In this document: in pieces, positions 29,138 to 38,721 of the stretch
How the letters are laid out: each line of letters starts with the position of its first letter
Numbering within the stretch: the stretch's first letter is position 1
Virus record (IMG/VR): IMGVR_UViG_3300021387_000147
Direction: 5' to 3' (one strand)
Source of the DNA: a virus
Lineage: Duplodnaviria; Caudoviricetes
DNA length: 64,000 bases
Notes under the pieces: model-generated
The model's input: the letters and a program-made list of their open reading frames with translations, nothing else
The model's database searches: none
What the model was told of the DNA's origin: nothing
Translations under genes and position numbers: made by a program

Positions 29138-29487
29138 TGTCGGTATTTAGTATGTATAATATCCCAGCAAATAATAGTTTAGGAACATCAGGCAATGCAA
29201 CTGCAGGTTATTGTGATACAGCAGTTGATTCTATTGCACCATATAAAGAAAGTATGTTTTGGAATATCCTCCATTCATATAGAAAATATAATAATGAATC
29301 TGCACAAATCAGAAATGATATTTGTAAAGAAATGAAAGTCATGGCGATGGATGTTCTAGATTATCTGATGACAACTTATGATTTAACACCAAATCAGTTG
29401 ATGCTACTTTATTTGAGATGCACAGATGATTTTTACAAGAAATTGGTTAAGATGGTAGCAATTAAGAGAATAGGTTTACATGAGTAA
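29137..29487 (+). CDS. Hypothetical protein
   Basis: 116-aa coupled ORF. Confidence 0.6.
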   Translation: MSVFSMYNIPANNSLGTSGNATAGYCDTAVDSIAPYKESMFWNILHSYRKYNNESAQIRNDICKEMKVMAMDVLDYLMTTYDLTPNQLMLLYLRCTDDFYKKLVKMVAIKRIGLHE

Positions 29488-29920
29488 TTTTATAGACGAA
29501 GTAGTTCAAGAAGAAAATACAGAAAGTATCATTGATGCTATTAAGAAAGCAAGTATAGCAATTGCAAAACAACCAATTCAAGTAAAAACAAGAAAATTAA
29601 GGTCATCATTTTCTTTGGATATGCAACAAGATATTAAAGCAATGCATGGTGGAGAAAAAGATGATTTCCATGGATGGTTGCATGATATTAAGAAGATGTC
29701 ACAAGATGACTATTATAAGCTGGATGAAAAAGCTCAACATAGACTTTATAAGGAATATCAACTTGATTCAGTTTATAAGGAAGATGACAGAGAAAAGAAA
29801 TGGAAGCCACGTGGTCTATTTGATGATATGTTAGATGGATTGCAGAATGAAATGCAACGTGAAATGGACAGAGAAATTCTGAATGAAATCATGAATAAGA
29901 AGCCATCAAAGAAAAAATAA
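29480..29920 (+). CDS. Small protein containing major-capsid (gp23)-like segments
   Basis: KQPIQVKTRKLRSSFSLDMQQDIKAMHG and LQNEMQREMDREIL resemble the conserved gp23 stretch, split by a ~50-aa insert. Confidence 0.6.
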   Translation: MSNFIDEVVQEENTESIIDAIKKASIAIAKQPIQVKTRKLRSSFSLDMQQDIKAMHGGEKDDFHGWLHDIKKMSQDDYYKLDEKAQHRLYKEYQLDSVYKEDDREKKWKPRGLFDDMLDGLQNEMQREMDREILNEIMNKKPSKKK

Positions 29921-29950
29921 TTTGTATATTTCATGTAAAGGAACGATAAT

Positions 29951-31702
29951 ATGTTTGTACAGTTTAATAAATTAAGATTTAAGAATATATTGAGTTATGG
30001 AAATAACTTTACTGAAATTGATTTTTCAAATGGAATAAATTTGATTCGTGCTCCTAACGGAAGTGGTAAGTCAACTATTCTTGATGCGTTGAATTTCGTT
30101 TTATTTGGAAAGCCTTTCAGAAATATCAAGTTGAATAGACTAATCAACCGTATCAATGAAAAGAACCTTGTTACTGAAATTGAATTCAATATTGGATTTG
30201 ATAAGTGGAAGATTGTTCGTGGTTTGAAGCCTACTGTATTTGAAATTTATAAGAATGGTCAAGTTCTAGATAAATTATCTTCTAAGAAACTTAATCAGGC
30301 TGAAATTGACAAATTACTTGGTATTAATCAGAAGTTATTTAAGAATATTGTTGGTGTAGCAGTCACTAACAATAAGCCTTTCTTGAGTATGCCTATTTGG
30401 GAAAAGCGTGAATTGATTGAAAACATTTTCAATATTGACGTATTGGCAGAAATGAGTAAGGAAGTCAAGAGACGTAAGACTCTTGAACAGTCTGAAGAAA
30501 AGTTGAAGATTACTGAATCTTCAGCTCTAGAAAAGCAGATAAATGATAATAAGAAATATATTAGTGATATGACTCAGTATATCGCTAACTTCAATACGAA
30601 TAATGAAAATGACAAAGCAAATGTTGTTGCTCGTATTGATGAATTGAATAAGATTGTATTGAAGAATCAAAAGAATATCAAGGTTGCTACAGATAAGATA
30701 ATAGAGCTTCAAGAGAAGACAAAAGAAGTACCTGATACAAATGCATATTCTAAGACAATTAAGTCTCTAGGTATATCAGAAAACGAAAAGAAGCGTATTC
30801 AAAAGACATTAGACCAATTGAAGGACAATCCTTTGTGTCCAATGTGTGGTTCTGAATTATCTGGTGAACATGCTAAAAAGCATATAAAGGAATTGACTGA
30901 AGAAATTGATAGACTGACAAATACAGTCATTCCTAAATTGAAGGCAGAAGAAGATGAATACAATGCATTGAAGAAAGAATATGATGCAAATATTGCAATG
31001 ATTAGAAACATTGAGATGAGAAAGTCTCAAGAAGAATTGTCATTGAATAATTCTAATGGTGAAATCAATCAATGTAATAAGAAACTTGAAGAAATTGATA
31101 AGCGTCAGTGTCCATTCAATTTGGATGAATATAAAGAAAAGGTCAAGACTTTAAATGAACAAATGACTGAATTGAAGAAAGTTATTACAGGCTTGACACA
31201 TCAGATTGAAATTGACAAGGAATTGATTGATATTTTGGGTGATGATGGTATTAAGGTATATTTCTTTAGAAAGTTAATTCCAATTTTGAATCAGAATATC
31301 AATTCATATTTGAAGAAATTTGAATTACCAATTTGTCTAGAATTTGATGAACAAATGCAAGAGACAATTATCAATGGCCGTTCAGATATGGAATATGACC
31401 AATTCTCAGGTGGTGAAAAGACACGTATTGATATGAGTGTATTGTTGTCATTCTTTAATATCAGTCGTATTATTTCAAACTGGAGTTGCAACTTGCTATT
31501 CATTGATGAAATTTTGGATGGAGGTATTGATAAGAATGGTATTGAACAATTCTTGGCAACATTGTATAACATTGTTTCAGATAATGAAAAAAAGTTAGGA
31601 ATTTATCTAGTATCACATAAGATTGATGACGTTAAGATAGAAATAAATAAAACAATAGAGATTAAGAAGAAAGGTTTATTTAGTGAATTAGAGGTAAAAT
31701 AA
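29951..31702 (+). CDS. gp46: Recombination ATPase subunit (Rad50/SbcC-like)
   Basis: FKNILSYGN, Walker A NGSGKST, CPMC zinc hook, FSGGEK signature, LFIDE. Confidence 0.95.
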   Translation: MFVQFNKLRFKNILSYGNNFTEIDFSNGINLIRAPNGSGKSTILDALNFVLFGKPFRNIKLNRLINRINEKNLVTEIEFNIGFDKWKIVRGLKPTVFEIYKNGQVLDKLSSKKLNQAEIDKLLGINQKLFKNIVGVAVTNNKPFLSMPIWEKRELIENIFNIDVLAEMSKEVKRRKTLEQSEEKLKITESSALEKQINDNKKYISDMTQYIANFNTNNENDKANVVARIDELNKIVLKNQKNIKVATDKIIELQEKTKEVPDTNAYSKTIKSLGISENEKKRIQKTLDQLKDNPLCPMCGSELSGEHAKKHIKELTEEIDRLTNTVIPKLKAEEDEYNALKKEYDANIAMIRNIEMRKSQEELSLNNSNGEINQCNKKLEEIDKRQCPFNLDEYKEKVKTLNEQMTELKKVITGLTHQIEIDKELIDILGDDGIKVYFFRKLIPILNQNINSYLKKFELPICLEFDEQMQETIINGRSDMEYDQFSGGEKTRIDMSVLLSFFNISRIISNWSCNLLFIDEILDGGIDKNGIEQFLATLYNIVSDNEKKLGIYLVSHKIDDVKIEINKTIEIKKKGLFSELEVK

Positions 31703-31995
31703 TGGCAGAGATCTATAAAGAACGTTGGTACAAAATAGATTTTAAGAATGCAACATATTATACAGAATCAGCAGGCTTTACCAGAAAGCCTTTTGATTTG
31801 TTTGATTATGAGACACAGATCTATTTTCACCCACAGACAAATTTACAGTTCAAATTCAAACAAGGTCAAGGTGATACAATAGGATTTTATATTTCTCCAT
31901 ATCTAGGAGAAAAGCCAATTACCTTTGAAGAATTTGAGAAGGTATGGAATGAATATGGAAAACGAGAAAAAGTGGAGACTCTTAAAGAATTCTGA
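31702..31995 (+). CDS. Hypothetical protein
   Basis: 97-aa ORF with SD GAGGT. Confidence 0.6.
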   Translation: MAEIYKERWYKIDFKNATYYTESAGFTRKPFDLFDYETQIYFHPQTNLQFKFKQGQGDTIGFYISPYLGEKPITFEEFEKVWNEYGKREKVETLKEF

Positions 31996-32203
31996 TATAA
32001 AGAAAATTCATAAGTCTAGATTTAATAAATCAGATGATTTAATTGGGAAAAACATAGTAAAGTATGTTTACAAAACAAATAATTTAACTTATTATTTAAC
32101 CATAGAAAATGAAAAGACTTATATTCGTTGTTTTTCTGATTATCAGGAAATAACATTTGAGGATTTTCTTAAGAAGTTAAGTTATTTAGAATGTGAGGTT
32201 TAA
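31955..32203 (+). CDS. Hypothetical protein
   Basis: ORF ending at gp47 start; shares an ITFE(E/D)F motif with preceding ORF; start uncertain. Confidence 0.45.
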   Translation: MENEKKWRLLKNSDIKKIHKSRFNKSDDLIGKNIVKYVYKTNNLTYYLTIENEKTYIRCFSDYQEITFEDFLKKLSYLECEV

Positions 32204-33246
32204 TGAAAATTGCGGTGATAGGGGACGCACACTTTGGTATTAAGAAAAGTGACAAAACGTTCTTACAGAGTCAATTGAGATTTTTTGAAGACCAATTAGT
32301 CCCTGAATTAAAAAGTAGAAATATAAAGAATTTATTTGTATTAGGTGATGTGTTTGATACACGTCAATCTGTTAATGTTCAAACTGATAATATCGTATTA
32401 AAGTTATTCAAGGAAACATTAAAGGATTTTACTTGTCAGATTATTGTAGGTAATCATGACATTTATCATACAACTACTACTGAAGTAAACTCATTAAAGA
32501 TGATTGATTTGCTTCCTAATTGTCATGTATATGAAAATCCAAAGAAACTTATCATTGATGGTAAGAAATGTTTAATGCTTCCTTGGATGACTGACTATAA
32601 TCAATTTGATGAGATTGTAGCAGAAGACTTCGATTATTGTTTCTGTCATGCTGATATTATTGGATTTGATATGGGTGGTGGAAGATTAAGTGATGCTGGT
32701 GTTCCTGCATCAAAGTTTACAGCTAAAATCAAGCATACTTATTCAGGTCACTATCATAAACGTTATACAAAAGAATATCTAGATGGAACTTCAATCAATT
32801 ATATTGGTAGTCCATATCAGTTAACTCGTATTGATAGATATGAACCTAGAGGCATTACAATCATTGATATGAAGACTGATGAAGTTGAATTTGTAGAAAA
32901 TGTAAAATCAATTCGCTTCATTAAGTTCATTTATCCAGAAATCAATAAAGATGTGATTACTGGTAATGTTATTGATATTGATGTTCCTTATGATTTGTCT
33001 ACTGAAACAAAGAAAATTTATAATTTGTTAGTAGAACTTGAAAAGAAAGTTCCAGCGTATCCAATCAATTTGAATATCATGCCAAAGGATGTTTCTTATG
33101 GTGATATTAAGATTGAAAGTGGTGATTTTAATTTGTTATCATTATTCAAAGGATATATTGACCAATTGGAAACAAAGGTTGATAAGAAAGAATTGTATGA
33201 TGGTTTTATGGAATTGTTTAACATGTATAAGGATGACGAAAAATGA
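32203..33246 (+). CDS. gp47: Recombination nuclease subunit (Mre11/SbcD-like)
   Basis: DAHFG, GDVFD, GNHD, SGHYH, YIGSP phosphoesterase motifs. Confidence 0.95.
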   Translation: MKIAVIGDAHFGIKKSDKTFLQSQLRFFEDQLVPELKSRNIKNLFVLGDVFDTRQSVNVQTDNIVLKLFKETLKDFTCQIIVGNHDIYHTTTTEVNSLKMIDLLPNCHVYENPKKLIIDGKKCLMLPWMTDYNQFDEIVAEDFDYCFCHADIIGFDMGGGRLSDAGVPASKFTAKIKHTYSGHYHKRYTKEYLDGTSINYIGSPYQLTRIDRYEPRGITIIDMKTDEVEFVENVKSIRFIKFIYPEINKDVITGNVIDIDVPYDLSTETKKIYNLLVELEKKVPAYPINLNIMPKDVSYGDIKIESGDFNLLSLFKGYIDQLETKVDKKELYDGFMELFNMYKDDEK

Positions 33247-33992
33247 TTAAGGATTTTAAATTAAAAGAAGACTTCAATATTAAGCCACAGATTTTTGACA
33301 ATAATGATATTATCAAAATTCAGGTTTGTGACCCAATTGCAAAACTATATAAGAAAGGTATTAAGGTTGGTAATACATGGGAAATGATTGACGTTGATTT
33401 GAGACTATCTCCATTTCAGCCATATCTACATATTTTCCGTGATATGCCAATGAATTATCTTGAAAAAGAACATAAATGGTATATGTCTCAGGATTTGTCT
33501 ATCAAGGGTTGGATGGATGATATTAAGATTTGGCAGTTCTGTGCATCAAAGGATGATAAGCAGGAAATCAACTCTAATTATGGATGGTGTGTATTCTCAG
33601 AAGCAAATGGTAATCAATATGAAAATTGTTTGAAGAAGCTACAAGCTGACCAAAATTCTAGAGAAGCAATGTTGATTTATACACGTCCATCAATTCATCA
33701 TGATGCAGTTGAAAATGGAAAGCATGACTTTATCTGTACAAACTATTCTCATTTCTTTATTAGAAATAATAGATTAGAGATGATTCATTCTCAGAGATCA
33801 TGTGACGCTATAACTGGAGCTCCATTTGATTTTGCATGGTCTTCATTTGTATATCAGATGTTGTATGAAGAATTACGTCACACATATCCTGATTTACAGC
33901 CAGGTTTAATTCATTATCATATTGATAGTTTACACGTTTATGAACGTTCAGAAAAACTATTACAGCAATATGTAGCAGAAAATCATATTTAG
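33243..33992 (+). CDS. gp42: dCMP hydroxymethylase (thymidylate synthase superfamily)
   Basis: EINSNYGW, IYTRPS, DFICTN, RSCD..G..FD.AW, SLHVY as in T4 gp42; Asp at the pyrimidine-specificity position. Confidence 0.85.
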   Translation: MIKDFKLKEDFNIKPQIFDNNDIIKIQVCDPIAKLYKKGIKVGNTWEMIDVDLRLSPFQPYLHIFRDMPMNYLEKEHKWYMSQDLSIKGWMDDIKIWQFCASKDDKQEINSNYGWCVFSEANGNQYENCLKKLQADQNSREAMLIYTRPSIHHDAVENGKHDFICTNYSHFFIRNNRLEMIHSQRSCDAITGAPFDFAWSSFVYQMLYEELRHTYPDLQPGLIHYHIDSLHVYERSEKLLQQYVAENHI

Positions 33993-34001
33993 GAGAAAAT
34001 T

Positions 34002-34193
34002 ATGTTAAAGACTTATCTTAAATGGACATTTGGACTAGTTCTTGCATTCAGTATAATTGCAGCAATTTCTCCAATTATAGCATACGTTGCATTTTTTCTA
34101 TCACTCCTTGGATTTGGAGTCTTTATGATTTATAAGGATAACAATCCACGAGAGGGAGAATGTTCACCGATTTTTAAAGACACATCTAAATAA
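34002..34193 (+). CDS. Small two-TM membrane protein
   Basis: 63 aa, two hydrophobic segments, SD AGGAG. Confidence 0.6.
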   Translation: MLKTYLKWTFGLVLAFSIIAAISPIIAYVAFFLSLLGFGVFMIYKDNNPREGECSPIFKDTSK

Positions 34194-34265
34194 CATAAAG
34201 AGAGTTTTATAACTCTCTTTTCTTTTATAAATAGAATAAAGATATTAACTATTTAGGAGAATAAG

Positions 34266-35759
34266 ATGAGATTTATAGATTTTATTAATGAAGCATCAGT
34301 ACGTGAATCTAATCTTGCAAGTGCATCAAGAAAAGTAGCACAATTCATTGGTAGAAAGATTGGTTCAGATTTTAAGGAAATTAATGGTGAAACATATAAG
34401 AATGCAGATGGTGTATTCTTTGGTATTTTGTATGTATCAGATAATAATGATGCATTGAGAGTTAACTGGGATGGAAATAAATTCCATTCAATTAACTATT
34501 GGGATGATTATGCAGGAAGTGCTAATCAACCATCAAAAGAAATTAAGACTGCAGATATTGGTCCAAATGATGCATCATTCGTTCAGTTATTGCCAGAAAT
34601 TATTAGAGCAATTACAACAGAATCAGAAACATCTGATGAAATATATGAATCTTTTATTGTAGAAAAAGCAATTAAGTATGAAGATAATGAATGGGCATCT
34701 CCAGCAGATTTTATTAAGGATGTTGCATCAGATTGGACAGTTGACCAAATTCAATCTGTATTGAAACAGAATGGTAATACTTATAATAAAAAACAAATTC
34801 AAGCAAAGGTTGACCAAGTATTAGGAGTTGAATCTGAACCTGAAGAACCTAAGAAGAAAGGTGGTAAGAAGGTTGTAGTTGAACCAGGTAAACCAGAAAA
34901 AGTTGCACCACCAGAATGTGTAAAGAAAGCAAATGAAACATTAGCAAAGACAAAGTATTCTGATCCAGATGTTGTATTTGAAAATTTGAATGAATATACA
35001 CAGATGGTTGCAACAGGTTATTCTCCAGCATTATTGATTACTGGTCAAGGTGGTATTGGTAAGTCATATAACGTAAATCAAGTTTTGGCTAAGTATGGTA
35101 CAAAGGGTGAAGATTACGTTATCATGAAGGGTAAGTGTACACCTATTAAGATGTATAAGTTCTTATATACACACTATAATCAAATTTGTGTATTCGATGA
35201 CTGTGACTCAGTATTCGATAGTAAAGATGGTATTAACATTTTGAAGGGTGTTTTGGATTCTGGTGAAAACAGAGAAGTTTCATGGGATAACGCAAACACA
35301 GTCGATACATTTGGTATGACTAGACAAGAAATTGAAACTACTTTGGCAACAGCAGTTGCATCAGGTGTCAAGAATCCTATTCCAAGTTATTTCGAATTCA
35401 ATGGTGCAGTAATTTTCATTTCAAACTTAACTTATGATGACATTTATAAGAAGGATAGAGCATTGCCAACAAGATGTTTGACAATTGATATTAATTTGAA
35501 AGCAGAAGATGTAATCAATAGAATTAAGACATGTTTGCCAAGTATTAAGATTTATAAGGCTCTTGCAAAGAACGGAGAAAATAAGGATATTACAGACGAA
35601 GCTATTAAGAAAGAAGTCTTTGATTTCATGGTTTCTGATGAATATAAACAAATTTTGGGTGGTATGGAAAAAGAATTGAATTTCCGTACTTACATCAAGA
35701 TTTATCAACTACGTCACGCAGGTCTTGAACACTGGAAACGTTTGGCTGCAGCATGTTAA
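34266..35759 (+). CDS. P-loop (AAA-like) ATPase with N-terminal extension, late-expressed
   Basis: GQGGIGKS Walker A, CVFDDCD Walker B, IFISN; starts MRFIDFINE; TATAAATA 34226-34233. Confidence 0.75.
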   Translation: MRFIDFINEASVRESNLASASRKVAQFIGRKIGSDFKEINGETYKNADGVFFGILYVSDNNDALRVNWDGNKFHSINYWDDYAGSANQPSKEIKTADIGPNDASFVQLLPEIIRAITTESETSDEIYESFIVEKAIKYEDNEWASPADFIKDVASDWTVDQIQSVLKQNGNTYNKKQIQAKVDQVLGVESEPEEPKKKGGKKVVVEPGKPEKVAPPECVKKANETLAKTKYSDPDVVFENLNEYTQMVATGYSPALLITGQGGIGKSYNVNQVLAKYGTKGEDYVIMKGKCTPIKMYKFLYTHYNQICVFDDCDSVFDSKDGINILKGVLDSGENREVSWDNANTVDTFGMTRQEIETTLATAVASGVKNPIPSYFEFNGAVIFISNLTYDDIYKKDRALPTRCLTIDINLKAEDVINRIKTCLPSIKIYKALAKNGENKDITDEAIKKEVFDFMVSDEYKQILGGMEKELNFRTYIKIYQLRHAGLEHWKRLAAAC

Positions 35760-35779
35760 AAAATTAGAATCATTTTTAT

Positions 35780-35819
35780 AACAGAGGGGTTTACAAACCT
35801 CTCTGTTTTATTATATTTG
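35780..35819 (+). promoter_or_regulatory. Terminator hairpin overlapping early-type promoter
   Basis: ACAGAGGGG/CCTCTCTGT stem; GTTTAC 35789-35794, 17 nt, TATATTTG 35812-35819. Confidence 0.7.
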
Positions 35820-35856
35820 TACTTGTAAACGTTGAACATATAACAAGGAGTGAAGA

Positions 35857-36060
35857 ATGAACGTTTATCGCGTAACTAGTTATCATTGTGATGAAAACGG
35901 TAAGCCATTTGGAGAACCATTTCAGCATATCGTATATACCGATGAATTGATGGAAACATACAAGAATAAAAAGTATGTTGAAAAGATTGATGTTTTCGTT
36001 CGTAAGGCCGGTTGGAAGCCAATTTGGACTAAGGACGGAAAGGTTGATGAATTAGATTAG
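35857..36060 (+). CDS. Hypothetical early protein
   Basis: 67 aa, SD AAGGAG, own promoter. Confidence 0.65.
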   Translation: MNVYRVTSYHCDENGKPFGEPFQHIVYTDELMETYKNKKYVEKIDVFVRKAGWKPIWTKDGKVDELD

Positions 36061-36073
36061 TTATAAATAAGTT

Positions 36074-36182
36074 AAGCTTGTACCTCTATTGTTGATTTGA
36101 GTTAAATAAAGTTTATTAAGTTTGTACTAGAGGTTTTAACTTTATTTTCGAAGACAATAGAAAAACTATTGTCTTCTTTTTT
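36074..36182 (+). ncRNA. Putative small late non-coding RNA
   Basis: TATAAATA 36062-36069, stem ACCTCTA/TAGAGGT, terminator GAAGACAATAG-AAAAA-CTATTGTCTTC-T6, no ATG in between. Confidence 0.4.
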
Positions 36183-36195
36183 ATTAGGAGAAAAA

Positions 36196-36510
36196 ATGAA
36201 ACTAACTGATGATAAAATTATTGTGAAGAAATGTTCAAATAAGACTGCTGGCGGTATTTTCGTAGCAGACATTGGACAGAAGATTGGAAACTCACTTTGT
36301 GAAGTCCTACATGTTGGACCAGGTCGTTATAATCCATATACCGGAAAATATATTGAACCTGAAGTAAAAGTTGGTGATCGAGTATTGATTAACAACTCTG
36401 TATTAGCAAAAATCAATTTGCGTTATAATGGTGAAAAACCTGCTGAAGATGAATATCTAGTTGCTGCACAGGATTGTCGTATAATTCTAGAAGATGGAGA
36501 AACAGTCTAA
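36196..36510 (+). CDS. groES: GroES/Cpn10-like co-chaperonin 1
   Basis: DKIIVKK..KTAGGIFV..EVLHVGPG..EVKVGDRVL; start after SD AGGAG. Confidence 0.85.
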   Translation: MKLTDDKIIVKKCSNKTAGGIFVADIGQKIGNSLCEVLHVGPGRYNPYTGKYIEPEVKVGDRVLINNSVLAKINLRYNGEKPAEDEYLVAAQDCRIILEDGETV

Positions 36511-36815
36511 TGAGAGTACAAGGCGCAAACGTTTTAGTTAAGAAGATTAACGACAAAGTAGCAGGAAGCATTTTCATTCCATCATTTGGTAATATGGGAT
36601 ATTGTTATTGTGAAGTAGTTGCAGTCGGTAAAGGTGCATACTTTATGCCAAATGATAAGTTAATTCCATTACAAATTAAAGTTGGTGATAGAACATTGAT
36701 TAACCAAGGTGTAATGGAAGAATATGAAATTGTTAAAGATGGTGAAAAGCAGACTTATTACTGGGTACCTGGTGTAGAATGCACAATGGTCCTAGATGAT
36801 ACTGAAGGCATTTAA
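36510..36815 (+). CDS. groES: GroES/Cpn10-like co-chaperonin 2
   Basis: NVLVKK..AGSIFIP..EVVAVGKG..IPLQIKVGDRTL; TAATG coupling. Confidence 0.85.
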   Translation: MRVQGANVLVKKINDKVAGSIFIPSFGNMGYCYCEVVAVGKGAYFMPNDKLIPLQIKVGDRTLINQGVMEEYEIVKDGEKQTYYWVPGVECTMVLDDTEGI

Positions 36816-37153
36816 TGAAAGTTTTTTCAATATTTAAAAATAAAAAGATAATTGCTGGCATTGCAGCCGCAATTGTCTTTTCTCTTGTTTTAATCGGTTT
36901 TGGAGTTTATGGAGTTGCAGCACAGAAACTTCTATTTACCGTATTGAAAACAGTTGGTCCAATTGTTGGTATAGCATTTGGATATTTTTTATGCGTATTT
37001 TTACCATTCAGAATTGCTGAAGCTCTAAGAATTCGTAGAGAAAAAGATGAAGAAGCACGTAAGAATGATAAAATTCAAAAACAAATACAACTAAAGAAAG
37101 ACTTAGAACATAAGATTCTAGAAACACTAAATAAGAAGGAAACTACACTATGA
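36815..37153 (+). CDS. Membrane protein
   Basis: Two hydrophobic segments then charged tail. Confidence 0.6.
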   Translation: MKVFSIFKNKKIIAGIAAAIVFSLVLIGFGVYGVAAQKLLFTVLKTVGPIVGIAFGYFLCVFLPFRIAEALRIRREKDEEARKNDKIQKQIQLKKDLEHKILETLNKKETTL

Positions 37154-37593
37154 GTGAACAATTTGATCCAGTGAATAAACCAAAACAGTATAACAAAAAT
37201 AAGTGTGGTATTCAGACTATTGAAGTCACACGTTATCTTGGATGTGATTTAGGAAATGCATGGAAGTATATGTCAAGATACATGTTTAAAAAGAAGCCAA
37301 AAGAAGATTTGGAAAAGGCAGTTTGGTATCTTGAAGATTTTACATACAATTTCTTAGATCAAAAAAATTGGACTTTGATTCCAGAATTTCCATTCCATGT
37401 TCCAACATTAGTAAAAGAATATATGCAGAAATTCATTGACTTTGAGGAACGTCCAGAAGTTCAGAGAATGTTCAAGCATATTTTGTCAATTATAAATAAT
37501 GAAGGCATAATCGATAAGGAATTATTTGATTATGATTTAAATAATCTATATTTGTATGCTCAAACATTAGAAGGCATAGAAATTGTAGACTAA
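37150..37593 (+). CDS. DUF3310-like protein
   Basis: DPVNKPKQY..GIQTIEV..LGNAWKYMSR..K..EDLEKAVWYL. Confidence 0.8.
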   Translation: MSEQFDPVNKPKQYNKNKCGIQTIEVTRYLGCDLGNAWKYMSRYMFKKKPKEDLEKAVWYLEDFTYNFLDQKNWTLIPEFPFHVPTLVKEYMQKFIDFEERPEVQRMFKHILSIINNEGIIDKELFDYDLNNLYLYAQTLEGIEIVD

Positions 37594-37657
37594 TTTTTCG
37601 TAAATAACTATTTACAAAAATAACTATTTTTATTATATTACTAAAAGGAGAACTTAT

Positions 37658-38251
37658 ATGGAAATAACTAACGTATCTGTAATGCCATTAAAGAATGGAA
37701 AATTTGACTGTTTAGCAATTTGTCAATTTACTATTGATAATGCATTTATCATAACAGGACTAAAACTTTATAAGAAAAATGAAAAGTTTTATGTCGTATT
37801 TCCTAAGAATATTCATAACAAGAAAGCAATGAAGTATTGTCATCCAGTAAGTGATGGAGTATATCAGAATGTATTAAATGCTATCTTGACTGAATATCAA
37901 TCCATGAAAGAAGCTAATATCAATAACCCAGAAAACATGGTGCAGGAAGATGAATTCTATAAGAAGACTTTCGGTGAATCTGCATTTGGTCAATTTGGTA
38001 AGGTATTAGAACAAGTCGAAGATATGAAGACTGCTGCAAGAATTTGTAATCATGACGAACAGCAAATGTCTAATTTTAAAGAAATGTTTAATCAATTAGA
38101 TGCATTTGAAGAAATGATGAATAAAGATCAAGAAGCAGGCGAAAATAAGTATAAGGAATACTTAGAAAAACAGCGTGATTTATTGAATAAAGCCGCACAA
38201 GCCGCAAACGAAAGAATGAAGGCAAGAAATAATGGCGAAGAAAAAGCATAA
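37658..38251 (+). CDS. SpoVG-like nucleic-acid-binding protein with C-terminal extension
   Basis: MEITNVSV..LAICQFTIDNAFIITGLKL..FYVVFP..YCHPV..AILTEY. Confidence 0.75.
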   Translation: MEITNVSVMPLKNGKFDCLAICQFTIDNAFIITGLKLYKKNEKFYVVFPKNIHNKKAMKYCHPVSDGVYQNVLNAILTEYQSMKEANINNPENMVQEDEFYKKTFGESAFGQFGKVLEQVEDMKTAARICNHDEQQMSNFKEMFNQLDAFEEMMNKDQEAGENKYKEYLEKQRDLLNKAAQAANERMKARNNGEEKA

Positions 38252-38540
38252 TTGGAAATCACCAAACTTCGATAAAATCAATGTTTCAAAGTTAGATGAA
38301 AAACAAACAATGCTGGAAATTTTAAATGACCCTAATAAGATGCAAGCAGTATTGGAATTAGGTCGAACAGCAATGAATTTGGAAATGAATCTACAAGAAA
38401 CTACTTCATTGGAAGATTGGACAGAAAAGGTATTGTTGTTATTACCACATAATTTTACAGATAAAGAAAATTTTAGTGACAAACTTAGGGAATTTGTAAA
38501 TGATTATAGAAGTAAACAACAAGCAAGTGACAACACATAA
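38232..38540 (+). CDS. Hypothetical protein
   Basis: 102-aa ORF in operon. Confidence 0.6.
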   Translation: MAKKKHNWKSPNFDKINVSKLDEKQTMLEILNDPNKMQAVLELGRTAMNLEMNLQETTSLEDWTEKVLLLLPHNFTDKENFSDKLREFVNDYRSKQQASDNT

Positions 38541-38721
38541 CGCAGCAAAAATGGTTTTTGCATCAGTCATTGAAGACGTATACATGAATTTTAATGAATA
38601 TGCAAGAATGTTTATCAAGAATTTTAGTGACTTGAACGAAGAAGAAATCAGAGAGCTTTTTGAAAAGAGAGAAAAGGTCTATGATTCAATCAATAAAATC
38701 TTAAATAAAGAGAAGATGTAA
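38500..38721 (+). CDS. Hypothetical protein
   Basis: 73-aa ORF in operon. Confidence 0.55.
   Translation: MIIEVNNKQVTTHNAAKMVFASVIEDVYMNFNEYARMFIKNFSDLNEEEIRELFEKREKVYDSINKILNKEKM

Noticed and set aside
33243-33992. Ordinary thymidylate synthase
   Set aside because: Motifs follow T4 gp42 and the specificity residue is Asp rather than Asn
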